DNA of 64,000 bases. Source: Takakia lepidozioides. Taxonomy: Eukaryota > Plantae > Bryophyta. Within the stretch, counting starts at the first letter, position 1. The number at the start of each line of letters is the position of its first letter. Both the position numbers and the translations under genes were made by a program. The notes beneath the pieces are model-generated. The model made no database searches. It was given only the letters and a program-made list of their open reading frames with translations, and had not been told where the DNA came from. Positions 1-12,603 of this stretch are shown here, piece after piece. Location of the stretch: contig CM060731.1 of NCBI GenBank assembly GCA_030704615.1, positions 81,344,001 through 81,408,000 of the forward strand, read 5' to 3'.

Positions 1-5
1 AGCCT

Positions 6-46
6 TGTGTGTGTGTGTGTGTGAGTGAGAGAGAGAAGAGAGAGAG
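6..46 (+). repeat. (TG)n(GA)n microsatellite
   Basis: Visible dinucleotide run at the window start. Confidence 0.9.
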
Positions 47-1302
47 GACGGTGCAGTGTTCAGCAGCCATGGCTCTTCTGCCAGGCCTCATGTTCCCCCA
101 AACTGAGATTCGTCATTGTCTCTTACGATCAAATGAAGCTAGGGATGGATCAGATTATCAAAGCTGCTCTGGAGCAGCTACACAGCAGAAATCTCGAGGA
201 ACATGAATTTGGCATCAATGTTTTGGCATGAACAGAGATACAACTTCCGAAACCCAGAACCTCCTCCAGTTGTGCCTTGTATTCTCACACACAGATCAAC
301 ACACCTAAGCTAGTGTCTGTGCATCAGAGCCAGGCCTTATGAGAACCGAGACTGATGTGCATCATTGTCTCTTACTCCTTGCTACAAATGCACAAGATTG
401 GGTAGTCTTTGGAGAAGAAGAGTCTTGCATTGGTTGCATGCTGCATCAATGCCGGCCTTCGTGTGCCAATACCAGCTTTTACACGAGTAAGCTCAGCCGA
501 CAAAGAACAAGTGAGAAACAGCAGCTAACAAATCTGTAGGAACATCATGTAGGGGTTTCAAGATAACACACACGATGGTGGCTGATTGAACTTCATCCTT
601 ATTGCAATGTAATAATGCCTTGAGAACATTTAACTTGGATTGTCGTACAAACACATATGTGCACTCTCACCAAGCCTCAGCCATCTTGAGGCATACAGAA
701 GCTTTCAGAGCATTTACACAAAATGTACACGCATTAGACTCCTGTGTTCCATTCACCTGAAAGATTGGTGAATATCTAGTTCTCCTGAGGCAAATGGAGC
801 ACAGGAGTCTAACCAGAGTAGGTAGATTATTCTGAGGTTCATCTCAGATGAGTGAAGGAATCAATATCAAAGCACCATTTTATAAGGCGGTACTCTCTGC
901 CTTTCTAGAATGCTACAGATTAGTGTGCTACAATCGTATAAGCTACAAGCTAAGTAAGCATGCCTCATTGAGGTACATCATATGGTATGATATTCCTCAA
1001 GGATGACGACAAAGAGGCAGCATTATTAAGAGGACAGTGCAGCCTGGGAAGCTGACTTCTTCCTCAAACAATCAACCTCTGCTAATGCAGCGGAGGTTTT
1101 CCAACTTGCTATACACAACTATTTGCATCTCTAACCCTATCATGTAAGCAGGGCTTTGCATTCCATAGGCTGTCCGGCTGTCTCCTATTCTTAGTACAAT
1201 ACACATTACCCAAAGTACAAGCCACACGCAATAGCTTGCTTAACTTCTATGTGTCATGGCATGCTCTACATTGTACCTGACACTCTGCATGGCTTTGGCA
1301 GG

Positions 1303-4300
1303 TCACCATGCCAGGCCTGGAAGCAATTGAAGAGTCTGAATGTGATCGAACAGCTGGTAGTCACTATCCAGCAGCAAATGCACTTCGCTAGGGGGGTCCC
1401 CATCCATTGAGATCTCCACATTCCTGCAATGCCACAGTAATTCGAGTGCTATAAAATGTGTGCCCTTAAGAGAGAGTTTGTACTCATTGACTGTCCCTTG
1501 CTAATGTTGGCTACAAAGTATCCTTGAGCGTATGTCCACATGATTCTAGCCCGTCCCAAGCAGATCATCGTATTTCAGCTCATTGAGGCTCAGCCCAAAA
1601 TAGCACATAGCCCTCATGCACAGGAGACAAAACCCGATAACAGGGAATGCAGTGCTGATTGAAGTTGATCTCAGCGCTCTAGCTTGGAACAAATGTAACA
1701 ATAGCTGTGGTTGATCCACTGATGAGAGAAAAGGGCATAGGAGAGAGGAGCAGCGGCCACAAGTCATAGTGAACATCAACGAAGGAGTACTTCGGACTAG
1801 AGGAGCAACTGATATGAAATCCTGCACATGTGAGCAAAGCATGCAATGCTAGACAACCGACAAATGGCGACAATCCTCAAACCAGAGAGTCCTGCCAATC
1901 CTGGTGGCAGACTGCAACAACTTCCAACCAACATTGTTTGAAACACTAAGTGTGCAATGTGTGATGGCAGTATCAGAAACACGGAGAGGTATTCTCATCA
2001 CACATATCTACGAATGATGTACTGCAAGTAATTGATCATCTGGCAGGAATACATGACAGGAAGAGATACTTACGCATCAGGATTTGTCGCAAGCATGACG
2101 AATGGAAGATGCAGATGGTGCAAAACATGTGATCTGTGCTGAGGCACCAAGGGCCTGCAATCACCATTCCTTTCCAACCCCTTCTGAACAGAATTTTGTA
2201 CAACAGATTCCAACAGGTTACTAACTTGACGAATTTCCTCCAAGCTTGCAGTCACTGAGGGGAGCTGTCTTAGCTCTGGCTCTGAGCTCTTCGAGGAATC
2301 TACACAAACAATCTTCGATCTCTTGTTTGGAAATGAAGTAATTGTGTTTTGCAAATCGTAGCTAGCAGAGTTGCTCCAAGGTCTTCGAGTCCTGTGAGAG
2401 CTGAAGTCATTGCTGCCACTTTCACCAGCTATTTGGGAAGGCCAACTCAGAACCTGGTTGCGCTCCATCAGATTTCTCAAGAGCACTACCTGTGATACAA
2501 CAGTGGAGAACACTAATGCAACCGTAAGATAAGACCGCAACAGAGAGGTAATCCATATAAGGAGAATCATTTGCAAATGGGTGGGCACCAGGTAAGAACT
2601 TTTAGATTGTTAACTTAGATACCAATGATTCGATAAATCTTGAACTGTCAAAAGATGGACAACAAAATATCAGTGATTTTGAAGGGAACAAGCATATAGA
2701 GTTTTGCTGAGAGATGCGAAGTACTGATGATGAACTTCACCTGCTGATTGAGAACCTGACATTGCTGTTTCTTTTCCAGTATTCGCTGGATGGTATCCTT
2801 TCTTTCTTTCTGCACAAAAATGCAGAAAGCACCATGATGAGCAGATCATTTCATTTCATTTCTTTCTGCACAAAAATGCCAAAGGGAACTCACAACAATT
2901 TGAGACATTTTGTTCTGAAATTCACTGCGATTAGTTCACCTTTTTAAGTTCAGCAGAATGATCTGAAGAAATAAAAACTTGTCTCCATTTTCTCCTCTTG
3001 ACATCTCTCTTCCCCCATGCTCACAAAAAGGAAGTACATTAATCATGCTCACACTGACGCACACACCATATAACTCCCAATTTGACATGAAAAATAGGTC
3101 CTGAACAAGAAGAAGACCTGGAGGTGCTGTAATTGGTTCATGTGGGTCAGCCATGTGGGCTCATTTTGGCTATGGCCAGGGAAGGTTTGAACACAAGGTT
3201 GACCTAACCATCTGCATATGATACCACAGTCAAACAGGTTGTATGCTATGCTAGTGATCTTGATTGAAACTTACTACTGCTATACCTTATTGAAGATCAT
3301 GTTCAAAGGCAAGGACTGATCCCCCTCTCTCTCACACAAAGGTAGTGTCAGTTACCTCTTGTTCCGCCCAACCTGGGTGTGGGGTCTATGGCCACAAGGC
3401 ACAACATCTTCCGCATACATCCTCTCTCTCTCTCACTCTTGAATCAATAACCAATAAACACAGCAAGTTGATGCTTGTGTGAAGGGCTTTCTAGAGGATA
3501 TCTGGAATACCCAGACTAACTCTCTTTATCAAGGTAAGTCACACTACTGCAGTGAGCCCCTCACAAAGGTAGTTTCTGCTCCCTTTTGTTCTGCCCAAAC
3601 TGGGCGCGGGGTATATGGCCACAAGGCAAACAACGTCTTATGAGTACATTCTCTCTCTCAAATCAATAACCCTGCAGCAACCAGGCTGTCGAGCCTCTGT
3701 GAGCTTAATGGCAGTACCAGGAACATAAGTTTATACCTGCAGCTGAGTTGCGGGGATAAGCCAAACCTGATGGGTGCGAACCCCACAAAGGCTCTGGGAG
3801 GGTTAGTTTCCCACGGGTTCAATGACCGTAAGGCTACGGCAAGCCAAAGTTTGCAGGGAACAGCATGAATACATTCTCTCTCTCTAATGCAAAGCTTTGG
3901 GGTTCACTCAAATTTTCCACCATGCTTTGCAACGTTATTAGGCCTACCTTCTAGTACGTATCTGCCGTGTGGGAAGGCAACTCCAACCATGCTAAGACTT
4001 TAGAATCTATTCAGCTTTCAGTGCTCAAAGAGAGCATGTCAATGTTCTAGAACAGCTAATGTGGCTTATCGGGGCAAGTTTGGCATACCACCCTTGAGCT
4101 CTCAACGGGATGAGTTCAAGGTCAGATGGTGGGGTCAGTTGAATTGCATGCCTAAGACGATAATGATCGACTCTATTTCTTGGAAGCAAAGACCATCCTG
4201 TTAAAGAGGCTAAGTCCTGGCAGAAAAGGGTAGAGGAGATTTTCAAGTACCTGAATATTAGGCAGGAAGAACTGACTCTACTAGATGAAGCTGACTTGGA

Positions 4301-6747
4301 GGCTGAAGTGTCTAAGGCCATGTCGGAAGCACCAAGCAATACGAAACTAGGCATAAAACTTCCCTGAACTTGTTCCCGGTTTGTGACTTGGGTGAGGATC
4401 TTAAGGGTGACCTCAAGGGCCTACCTACCCTTGGGAAATTTAGACTCGGGCAGGGAATCTACGTTTGAACAACAAACAGATGCAGAGGGGAAAGGGAGAT
4501 TGTCAATGCTCCATGTGCAGGCAGCCTAAAGACAATATCTATTTTCTGACAAAATGTCGGGGGTGTTCTCATCAGAGAGCGACCCTCTTCAGGACCATCA
4601 AAAACATAAACCCTGCACCTCTGTTCACCAACTTTCAAAATCTTGAGGCTGAGCCTAAAGCCCTGGCCCTGTTGGGATCTAATTGCTGGGTTGCTCGCAC
4701 ACAGCAGATTGATGCTTGTGTGAAGGGCTTTCTCGAGGAAATCTGGAAAGCCCGAACCAGTTGTTTACACCAAGGTAAGTCCCACGACTGGAGAGAGCCC
4801 CTCACAAAGGTAGTGTCTGTTCCCCCAAACTGGGCACGGGTTTATTGCCACAAAACAACGTATCATGAGCACATTCTCTCTCTCTCCCTCACCCTCAAGC
4901 TACGGCAAACAATGTCTTATGAGTACATTCAACACCCCCCAAAACAAGAGAAATTTTATGAAGAAAACAATTCTGTCCTGACCCACCTACAACATAGGTC
5001 AGTGACACTTGGCATTCGCAGAAGGTGTTATGGCTTAAAGCATTTAGACTAGTGCATCACTCCAGTACAGTGAAATGAGAATCACTAACCGAATTTCAGC
5101 TCCGCCCCTTGGGCTTCTTCTTCCTGTAAATACAGAATGGAGGACACGACCTTCAGAGTTGCATTGAAGGTCATGCTGGACTGATGGTCCCTGAGTGGAT
5201 GTCTCTCCTTTCAGAGGGATTATTTTGGATGAAGTGCCTTGCACGGTGCGGACTAACACACCTGGTTCACAGCAAAGATTGTCAACAGGATTGTATAGGA
5301 CATCAAACCTTGGTTGATTTTGAGAGCATATTCCATATATAGCTCCGCAATAAATATCATTCGGCAATGGTAAGCAGCTGTCCTCCAGCTACAAAGACCA
5401 CAAGTCTCCCCATACACTCCCACAAGGCCTACAGCCAGGACTGTCAAATACATCTCTGTCTCTCAGCTACTGAGACCTATTACACTAGTACTGAGAAAAT
5501 CTCCAGAGCATGATACAGGAGTATGGTTTCAAATCCATTTGGAACGTAGACACAACTCATAGATGTTTTTATTTTCACGCATACAAGGATACCTGCTCCT
5601 TCACACACATTCACCACATCATAAATCCTTCGGAAGGTGGTATTGTGCTTATCCTGCAGGCAGAAACAAAAGGAACTGAAGAGCTATTACCCACCACTGA
5701 TAAGATCTCAATCAACCTCACACCTACATCCAGTCTTTCCAACTCTCAGAAGTCACCTCATTCTTTCGTTGTGAGTTTAATCTCTATCAGAAGACATGCT
5801 CTGCAAGGCAACAGAAACTAGGGAAACAGTAGGAAAGAACAGAGATGAATGCATGTGTAGCAATTCCTGGCCCCCCATACTAACTTGCCTCGCTTTGTAA
5901 ACGCCTACAGTAGAAAGGCGAAGCTGCTCTTACCTTTGCCTCGCTTTGTATCTCTGTAGCCACCTGCAAAATCCAACCGATCGTCCAATTGGCCATGTCA
6001 GTTACCAACACACCTTGAGAAGGTTACTTCGGGTTCACAAACCTCACACTTGTTCTTCATCTCTCCATTGCTCTTGACTGCGCTACCCAGTTTTAAGCAT
6101 GACTTGTATGTAAATAGCTGTCACAGAATTACTGATGTCCACATATATACTGTAGGTCTTGATCAATGTCCTTAACAATTTCAAAAATGTTGTTCTCCCT
6201 CTCCCTCATTGCCACTGCAAGTACTAAATGGAGGGTATGAGTACTGTTATGACAGCAACTTCTCCAGGCTGTTCTGTCTGGCAGGACTGCAGATGCCAGC
6301 CCCGTCAATGGACATAATTGTCGCTCACTCCTGTAGAGAATATGGACGATAAGTCCTGCCAAGGTACGTGACCTGAAGAGCAGCTGCGGGAGGGTTCGTA
6401 TGACAATGCAATGTTCAATCAGCACTCGTCTCTCTCACTCTTGGCCACATACTCGCTCCCCTCCCATCCCCCTAACCCATGTCTTCCTCATTCTCTTCTT
6501 CCTCCCTCCTCTACTACTTCCTTTCACATCCGCCCTCCCTCTGTACCTGGAGCAGGTTGCATGGATTTCCTTGGGCTGCTTCAAGTTTCTTATGAAGAAC
6601 CCTTGCTAGGTGTTTCAGGGGATTTGCTTTAGATCGGCCACAGATTGAACCAGAATCAATCATCGACCCTGCAGATTTACGAGAGACTAGACGGGCTTCA
6701 TCACTGGCTCTGAGAGGTGGTTGAATGACTGTATCTTTCTTGTCCAT
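1303..6747 (-). CDS. DP: Divergent DP (E2F dimerization partner) family transcription factor, 8 coding exons, about 387 aa
   Basis: Manually spliced exons 6747-6547, 5963-5934, 5653-5593, 5261-5090, 3211-3118, 2809-2741, 2489-2074, 1423-1303. All introns are GT-AG with consistent phases (1164 nt total); start context caaccATGG. The protein has the winged-helix DEF box RRIYDVVNVCEGAG, DP-type EIRWLG, a coiled coil KERKDTIQRILEKKQQCQVLNQQVVLLRNLMERN, and the marked-box-like LHLPFVMLATNPDANVEISMD. Confidence 0.85.
3325..4935 (+). mobile_element. Cluster of 5'-truncated non-LTR retrotransposon (RTE/RTEX-like LINE) 3' ends inside intron 4 of the DP gene
   Basis: 3920-4760 translates to a degenerate LINE post-RT region (VIRPTF*YVSAVWEGNSNHAKTLESIQ ... 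CQCSMC ... GFLEEIWKAR). Homologous 3' ends recur at about 3330-3435, 3467-3660 and 4708-4890, each ending in a (CT)n tail. Confidence 0.7.
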
Positions 6748-7928
6748 GGTTGCTGGGTCTTGTATGAGATCAGCTTCTGTTTAAGTGCACCCCGCGAGCA
6801 GGGCCCTTATGCCTGGAAGAACAATTTTTGTGCGTAAGAAGTCTCGGTTCACTTTTCCAATCAATTTTCCACGAGTTTTGGTGTAATTGGCATATGACCT
6901 CAACACAGACACTGATTTATAATATCCGGGCAACCGCAACTTCCATCACTCCTTATGTAAACAGTGACTGTTCTCAACTCGAAAAACTCGTCAATCTTAT
7001 TCTTTGCCAAAGAAAACCACCTGACAAGTGACCAACGTCGTTGGACAGCGAAGAAGCTGTCAGATGCGTTCGAAAGTGAAATTTACTTATGCAGAGTACA
7101 ATCAAGCAGCAATCAACAAGTTTCAGCGCCCTTTCGATACTGCTAAGGACCGATTCCGTAACGTGACAATATATCAATGTGCCCACCGCTGCACAAGATC
7201 GTCTACAAGGCCAAAGATCTCCCCAGTCAGCATTCCACCCATGCACGTCCCCTGATCACGATGATGCAGAAGGTTCTGCAAAATCAAACCTGGCGTAGAG
7301 AGATTGCCATTGAGCAATTCAATGCACCATCATCTACGAGCTCTTTGCATCTCGTCGGTTCTGCATCTTCTCGCTGTGCTTTCTGGTGTCCCTGTCTGAA
7401 AACTAGAGAGTTTTCGTCCACTCTGATATATTCCCGTCGATCCTGATGAGTTCGCGTCCGTCGGATGGTGAATTTCGTCCGCCGGTTCAAGCCTCCGTTC
7501 GTGATCTGGACTTTTCGTCATGGCAGCTAAGTTAAACTTTAAAGGGCACCTCTCCTACGTGGCATGTAACTTTCCATGTCATCAGCTAACTTGAGTTAGA
7601 GGTTCTATAAAGTTAGCTACTGCCATTTACATGTGGAATGCCAAGAATGAGTTGGTGGAAATGGTTCCGAAAAAAATCGTTCAACATTGGAAGGATTGGA
7701 AAAGATCAAGGCCCAACATGTTTGTGTAGGTTTGGTAGGTCCATTGTGTTGGGCCCCTATTTGATTTCTTTCATAACCTCCGATTCCAGTTTTTACAAAA
7801 TCTTCGAATCAAAGAACCTCCAGTTATGAGTTTTTCATATATTTTTCATGGAAAGAACCGGTTCCGTCAATTGTCACTGAGAACCTCAAATAATGGACGG
7901 TTTTCATGAATTATCAATAGGTCTTTGG

Positions 7929-8487
7929 TGTCAAGGACGAGAACATGACTGAACACAAACAAGAGATCAGACTAGAGGAACAAGACTAAACAAGAAGTCA
8001 AGGTCGGCGTGGCCGTATGCACGATGAGTAAATAGGAATCAAGACGATCTTTATGACAATGAACAAGAGTACAAGATATTGGAACACGGCTTGAATACTG
8101 GAATGCTGAAAACTGGACTGGAGTACCAGATACTGGAAACTGGGCTAGAGTACTGGGAACCGGAAACAAGAGTAGCTTGAACTGGTGTTGGCAAGACTGA
8201 AGAGTGTCTAGTCTCGCCTCCTTTATATACTAGCTACTAAGAAGTTCCCTAAGAAGCTAGAGGTTTCTTGATGGAGAAGCTTCCTTAAACAAAGAAGGTA
8301 TCTTGATGGAGAAGTTTCCTCCAAAGGAAGCATCCTGAGCAGTTTCCCAAGTTACTCTTGGTAATTTGATAAACTTCCGGTAACTAATGATAAATCATGG
8401 TAGATCGTGGTAACTTCTGATAATATGGTAATTTGGTAATTTCTGGTATTTACTCCTGGTAAGTTCTTCTGGGCTATGTTCGTGACA
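7929..8487 (-). repeat. 3' LTR of the Tcn1-like element
   Basis: Direct repeat of 14390-15012, starting TGTCAAGGACG and ending CGTGACA. Confidence 0.92.
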
Positions 8488-9109
8488 GCACCCCCTCCAC
8501 TAGCGCCGAGTTCCTCGAGGAGCGGTAAAATCTTGGACTTGCTTAGAGTTGGAGAAAATCCAAAATCCGGCGAATGGTACTTGTCAAGTATTCGGCTCTT
8601 CGTTCTTGACTCAAATGATTTATAGGTCCCTGTAACCATCGATAGTGTCCAACACCTTGAACTTGGGACCACGCAGTGATTTGAGCATTCTGATTTTCGA
8701 AGCTGCCTTCAAATATGATTTTGTTGCCCTCTGGGTCCGAAGCCTCAACCTCCAATAGAATTATCAGAATTCGAGTAGACTCCACTTGCCGTCGTACGGG
8801 GTCCAGACGAGGAAGTACGCGTCGCATTGGTGGCCCATCGTCTCGAGAGCGTCGGTGTGACGTTGAAGGTCGTGAGAGTCAGAACGGCTGATCTGGTAGT
8901 TGGGTAAGTGACAACTCCAATGTATCTGGTTCATGTGACTCCATGCTGCCAATATAAGATACAAGAGTGTTGGAAGTGTAGCTATATATACTGATGTGTG
9001 GTGCTCCTCCCTCCTTTAGCGTGTATCAGGTACATTGAATGTGGAGTCTTCACCTTGAAGCTAACTTGACTGACATCATCGTTGTGACGTCTTATTGACG
9101 TGTAGCTTG

Positions 9110-12100
9110 GGGCTTAGCTGGATATCATTGATGAAACTCTTGGACTTTGTCAGATGCATTGGCGAGGTTGGATGAAGGTTCTCACGTTCATTCGCTGATG
9201 TCGTAACATTTCCAATGTACGAAATACTCAAGATGTTTATACTTGATGCGAGAGTTTAGAACTTCGTCGACTTGATACTCAATTTCCTGATTGACTTCGA
9301 TTGGTAGAGGTGGTACGGAGACTCTCCCTGGAATATTCGATGGATGATACAACTCCAATAATAAAACATGAAAGACTGGATGGATGCGCATACTTCGTAG
9401 GAGTTCAAGCCGAAAACTGACCGGATTTATTTGTCGAATAATTTTGAATGGTCTCGGGCGTTGATAATCCAACTTCCTTGATGGTCGCGATATTTGTATG
9501 TCCCGTCGAAGAAGCCACACACGATCTCCGACCTTGAACTGGGGTTGGAGTTGGTGACGTTAATCTGTATTGTTTTTGAGCTTCCGCGAGGTGGAATATA
9601 AGCTTCTTGTGAATCATAGCAAGATGAGTAGCAAGGTTTTCTGCAGCAGGGCTTCCAACAGTCTTCATGTGGAAAGGGTTTGCTCGAGGATGATGACCAT
9701 AATTGGAAGAAAAAAATAGAGTTTCTTTGGTCGAAGTATGTATAGTGTTATTGTAGGCAAACTCAGCCAATGACAGAAGGTCCGTCCAATTATCTTGGTA
9801 ATAATTTATCGTACAGCGAAGATACTGCTCCAAAATCTTCATAAAACGATCTACAATAACAAGGATTGAATCGGTGGTCTTGGAAATTGGAAGGTCCGTA
9901 ATAAAGTCCATAGACACGGACGATCATGGACCTTTGGGAATGGGTAATGGTTGAAGAAGGTCGTAAGGTCGATGTCATGGTCCCTTCGTTCTAGCACACG
10001 TGTCGCAAGATTTTATAAATTCTTTCACGAGTTTCCACATCTGCGACCACCAATAGTCCCTGGATATCAATACCATTGTTTTGTTGAAACCGAAATGTCT
10101 TGCAACCGGAAGATCATGACATGTTTGAAGAATTCGACGTCGTGTAGGTCTCAGAGGTACATAGAGAAGTCCCTTGAAATAAAATAAGTCATCTTTGAAT
10201 TCGAAGTCGTTTGTAACATGTGGGTTGTCGCGAGGTCGATTTAGTTGACTTCGTAGTGTCGTAGCAAATTGGTCGCTCTTCAGTGCTTCCTGAAGGGCAG
10301 AAGCATGCTACAGTGGCTCACTTTTGTCCAGTCTACTCTAATCTACTCTCATTTTTCATCTTCAAAACACAACAGCTTTGTTTGGAAACCAATTTTTGGG
10401 TGATCTCAAATTGAGTTAAGAACAAAAATAAATTGGAACACCTAATTTGAAATTTCTATGAAAAAAGATATAAATGAAAGTAAACAAGTTTAGACTGGAC
10501 AAAAATTTCGCAAAGTGAGCCAATGTAACTTGCTTCTATCGTGAATCTCCTTTATGATCTCTACATCGTCATAGGTGGACATGGATAACATATTCACTTG
10601 GAGATTTACTGGTTTCAAGATGATGGATTTCTGTTGGTCAAAAGCTGCATCCCCTTCTTTTGGCGCAAGATACGATCGTCGAAAAAGAGCATCTGGTTTT
10701 CCTTGAAGATGTCTGGGACGGTAGGTAATAACAAAATCAAACCTTGCTAGTCACATACTTCATCTCGCTTGACGTCGATTCAAAACACGAGCACTCATAA
10801 AATACTCGAGGTTTTTGTGATCGGTATAGACTGTGATCTGATATTTAGCTCCCTCCAATAGATGACGCCACTCCTCAAAAGCATCGATAATCGCTAGAAG
10901 TTCTTTGTCATGGATTTCATAATTGATCTCCGCAGCGGAAAATTTGCGAGAACGAAAACCAACAGGGTGAAGTCGGTCATCTGTACCGTATTGAGAGAGT
11001 ATCGCGTCAAGTGCAAAGTCCGATGCATCTGTTTAAAAAAGAATGGTTTAGATGGGTCTGCATGTACCAGTATTGGAGTCGTTGTAAATGTCTGCTTCAG
11101 CCTTTCAAATGCTTGGTCAGCCTTCTCGTCTCATACAAATTTGTCCTTCCCTGTGAGTCGTGTCAATGGTGCAGCAATTTTGGAGTAGTTCTTGATGAAG
11201 ATTCCATAAAAATTTGCAAATCCTAGAAAACATTGTATATCTCGGACCGAAGTTGGTTTAATCCACTCGATGATGGTTTGTATTTTCTTCTGATCCATAA
11301 AGGCCTCTTTGTCGGAAATAATGTAGCCCAAAAATTTGACTTCAGATTGGTGGAAGAGACATTTTTCCAACTTGGCATATAGTCCTTTTCCCCTCAATTT
11401 ATCAAGGACAATGCGTACATAGCGACCATGTTCTTCTTCATTCTGTGAAAATATCAAAATGTCGTCCAAATAGATGACTACAAAATCATCTAAAAATTCT
11501 CGAAAGATGTCATTCATCATGTGTTGAAAAATTGCTGAAGCATTTGTAAGACCGAAAAGCATAACACTGTATTTGAAATGTTCATACATTGTGCGAAAAG
11601 CAGTCTTTCATTCGTCTCCTTCTTTTATTTGTACAAGGTTGTAAGCTCCTATCAAATCGATCTTTGTGAAAAAATTTGCTCATCCAAGTTGTTCGAGGAG
11701 TCCGAAAATCAGCGGAAGTGGGTAACGATTTTTTATAGTGACTTTGTTGAGCCCACGATAGTCCACACACATGCGTAACGATCCGTCCTTCTTCTTCACA
11801 AATAAGATAGGTGCTCCCGCGGGTGATTTCGAATATCGAATGAAATTCTTTGACAATTTTTCATCAATGTATTCGCGTAAAGCAACCAGCTCCGTCTGAG
11901 ATAAATTGTAGATCAGGCCGAATGGTGGTTGAGCTCATTCTTGTAACTCAATTGCATAATCATAAGGTCGATGTTCTGGTAACATGTCTGCATTTTTCTT
12001 CTCGAAGACATCCTTGAAATCTTGATATTGAGTGGGTAATGTCGAAATACCTTGGTCTGTTGTGGTTTTGATCGGAGTCGCATAAAGTACAAATGTCGCG

Positions 12101-12598
12101 TCTTTCTTCGTAGCTCTCATGAAGGCTCTAGCTCCAAGAAACAGGGGTTGAATACCTTTGGTACTTTTGCATTTTTGTCTTGCCGAAATTTTTTCATGAT
12201 CGCCAATCGATGTCATGATTATGAAGTACAAACCAAGGAAGTCCAAGGATCACAGGATTCGTTGGAGACTGGATGACATTGAAAATAATCTGTGATGCTT
12301 GATTTTTAAGCTTCACTTCAAGGGGTCGAGTTTCATGGTCAATATTTCCTGATGCTAACAGTCGTCCATCGATGACTTCAACAGGGGCTGAGAATTTCTT
12401 TCTTACGAGCGTTAAATTGTGTTGCTTCACAAAGTCTTTGTCAATAAAACACGCTGAAGCGCCCGAGTCCAAAAGTGCTTCTACGGAGATATCTCGATTT
12501 TGCATCCTGATCTTCACTGGAACTGTGAAACAAAGTACAGGGTCTGGAGGTAGAAAGAGACATTTTTTTGGTGAGGAATTTGGGGTGACCAGCCGCAT
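9110..12598 (-). pseudogene. pol: pol pseudogene (protease, RT, RNase H, integrase, chromodomain) of the Tcn1-like element
   Basis: LLDSGA protease (12194-12598), YLDD RT (11131-11589), SMDFITDLP integrase, and chromodomain EYQVDEVLNSRIKYKHLEYFVHWK. Many stops and frameshifts; the integrase core is internally deleted (IVDRFMK joined to ILEQYLR). Confidence 0.9.
10295..10540. mobile_element. 246-bp MITE inserted in pol
   Basis: Imperfect TIRs of about 28 bp (gggcagaagcatgctacagtggctcact / agtgagccaatgtaacttgcttctatcg) and 4-bp TSD TGAA. Removing it restores the pol frame IIKEIQEALKSDQFA. Confidence 0.8.
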
Positions 12599-12603
12599 GG
12601 TCC

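Noticed and set aside
9-539. Short plus-strand ORFs at the window start
   Set aside because: They begin in a microsatellite and show no recognisable domain.
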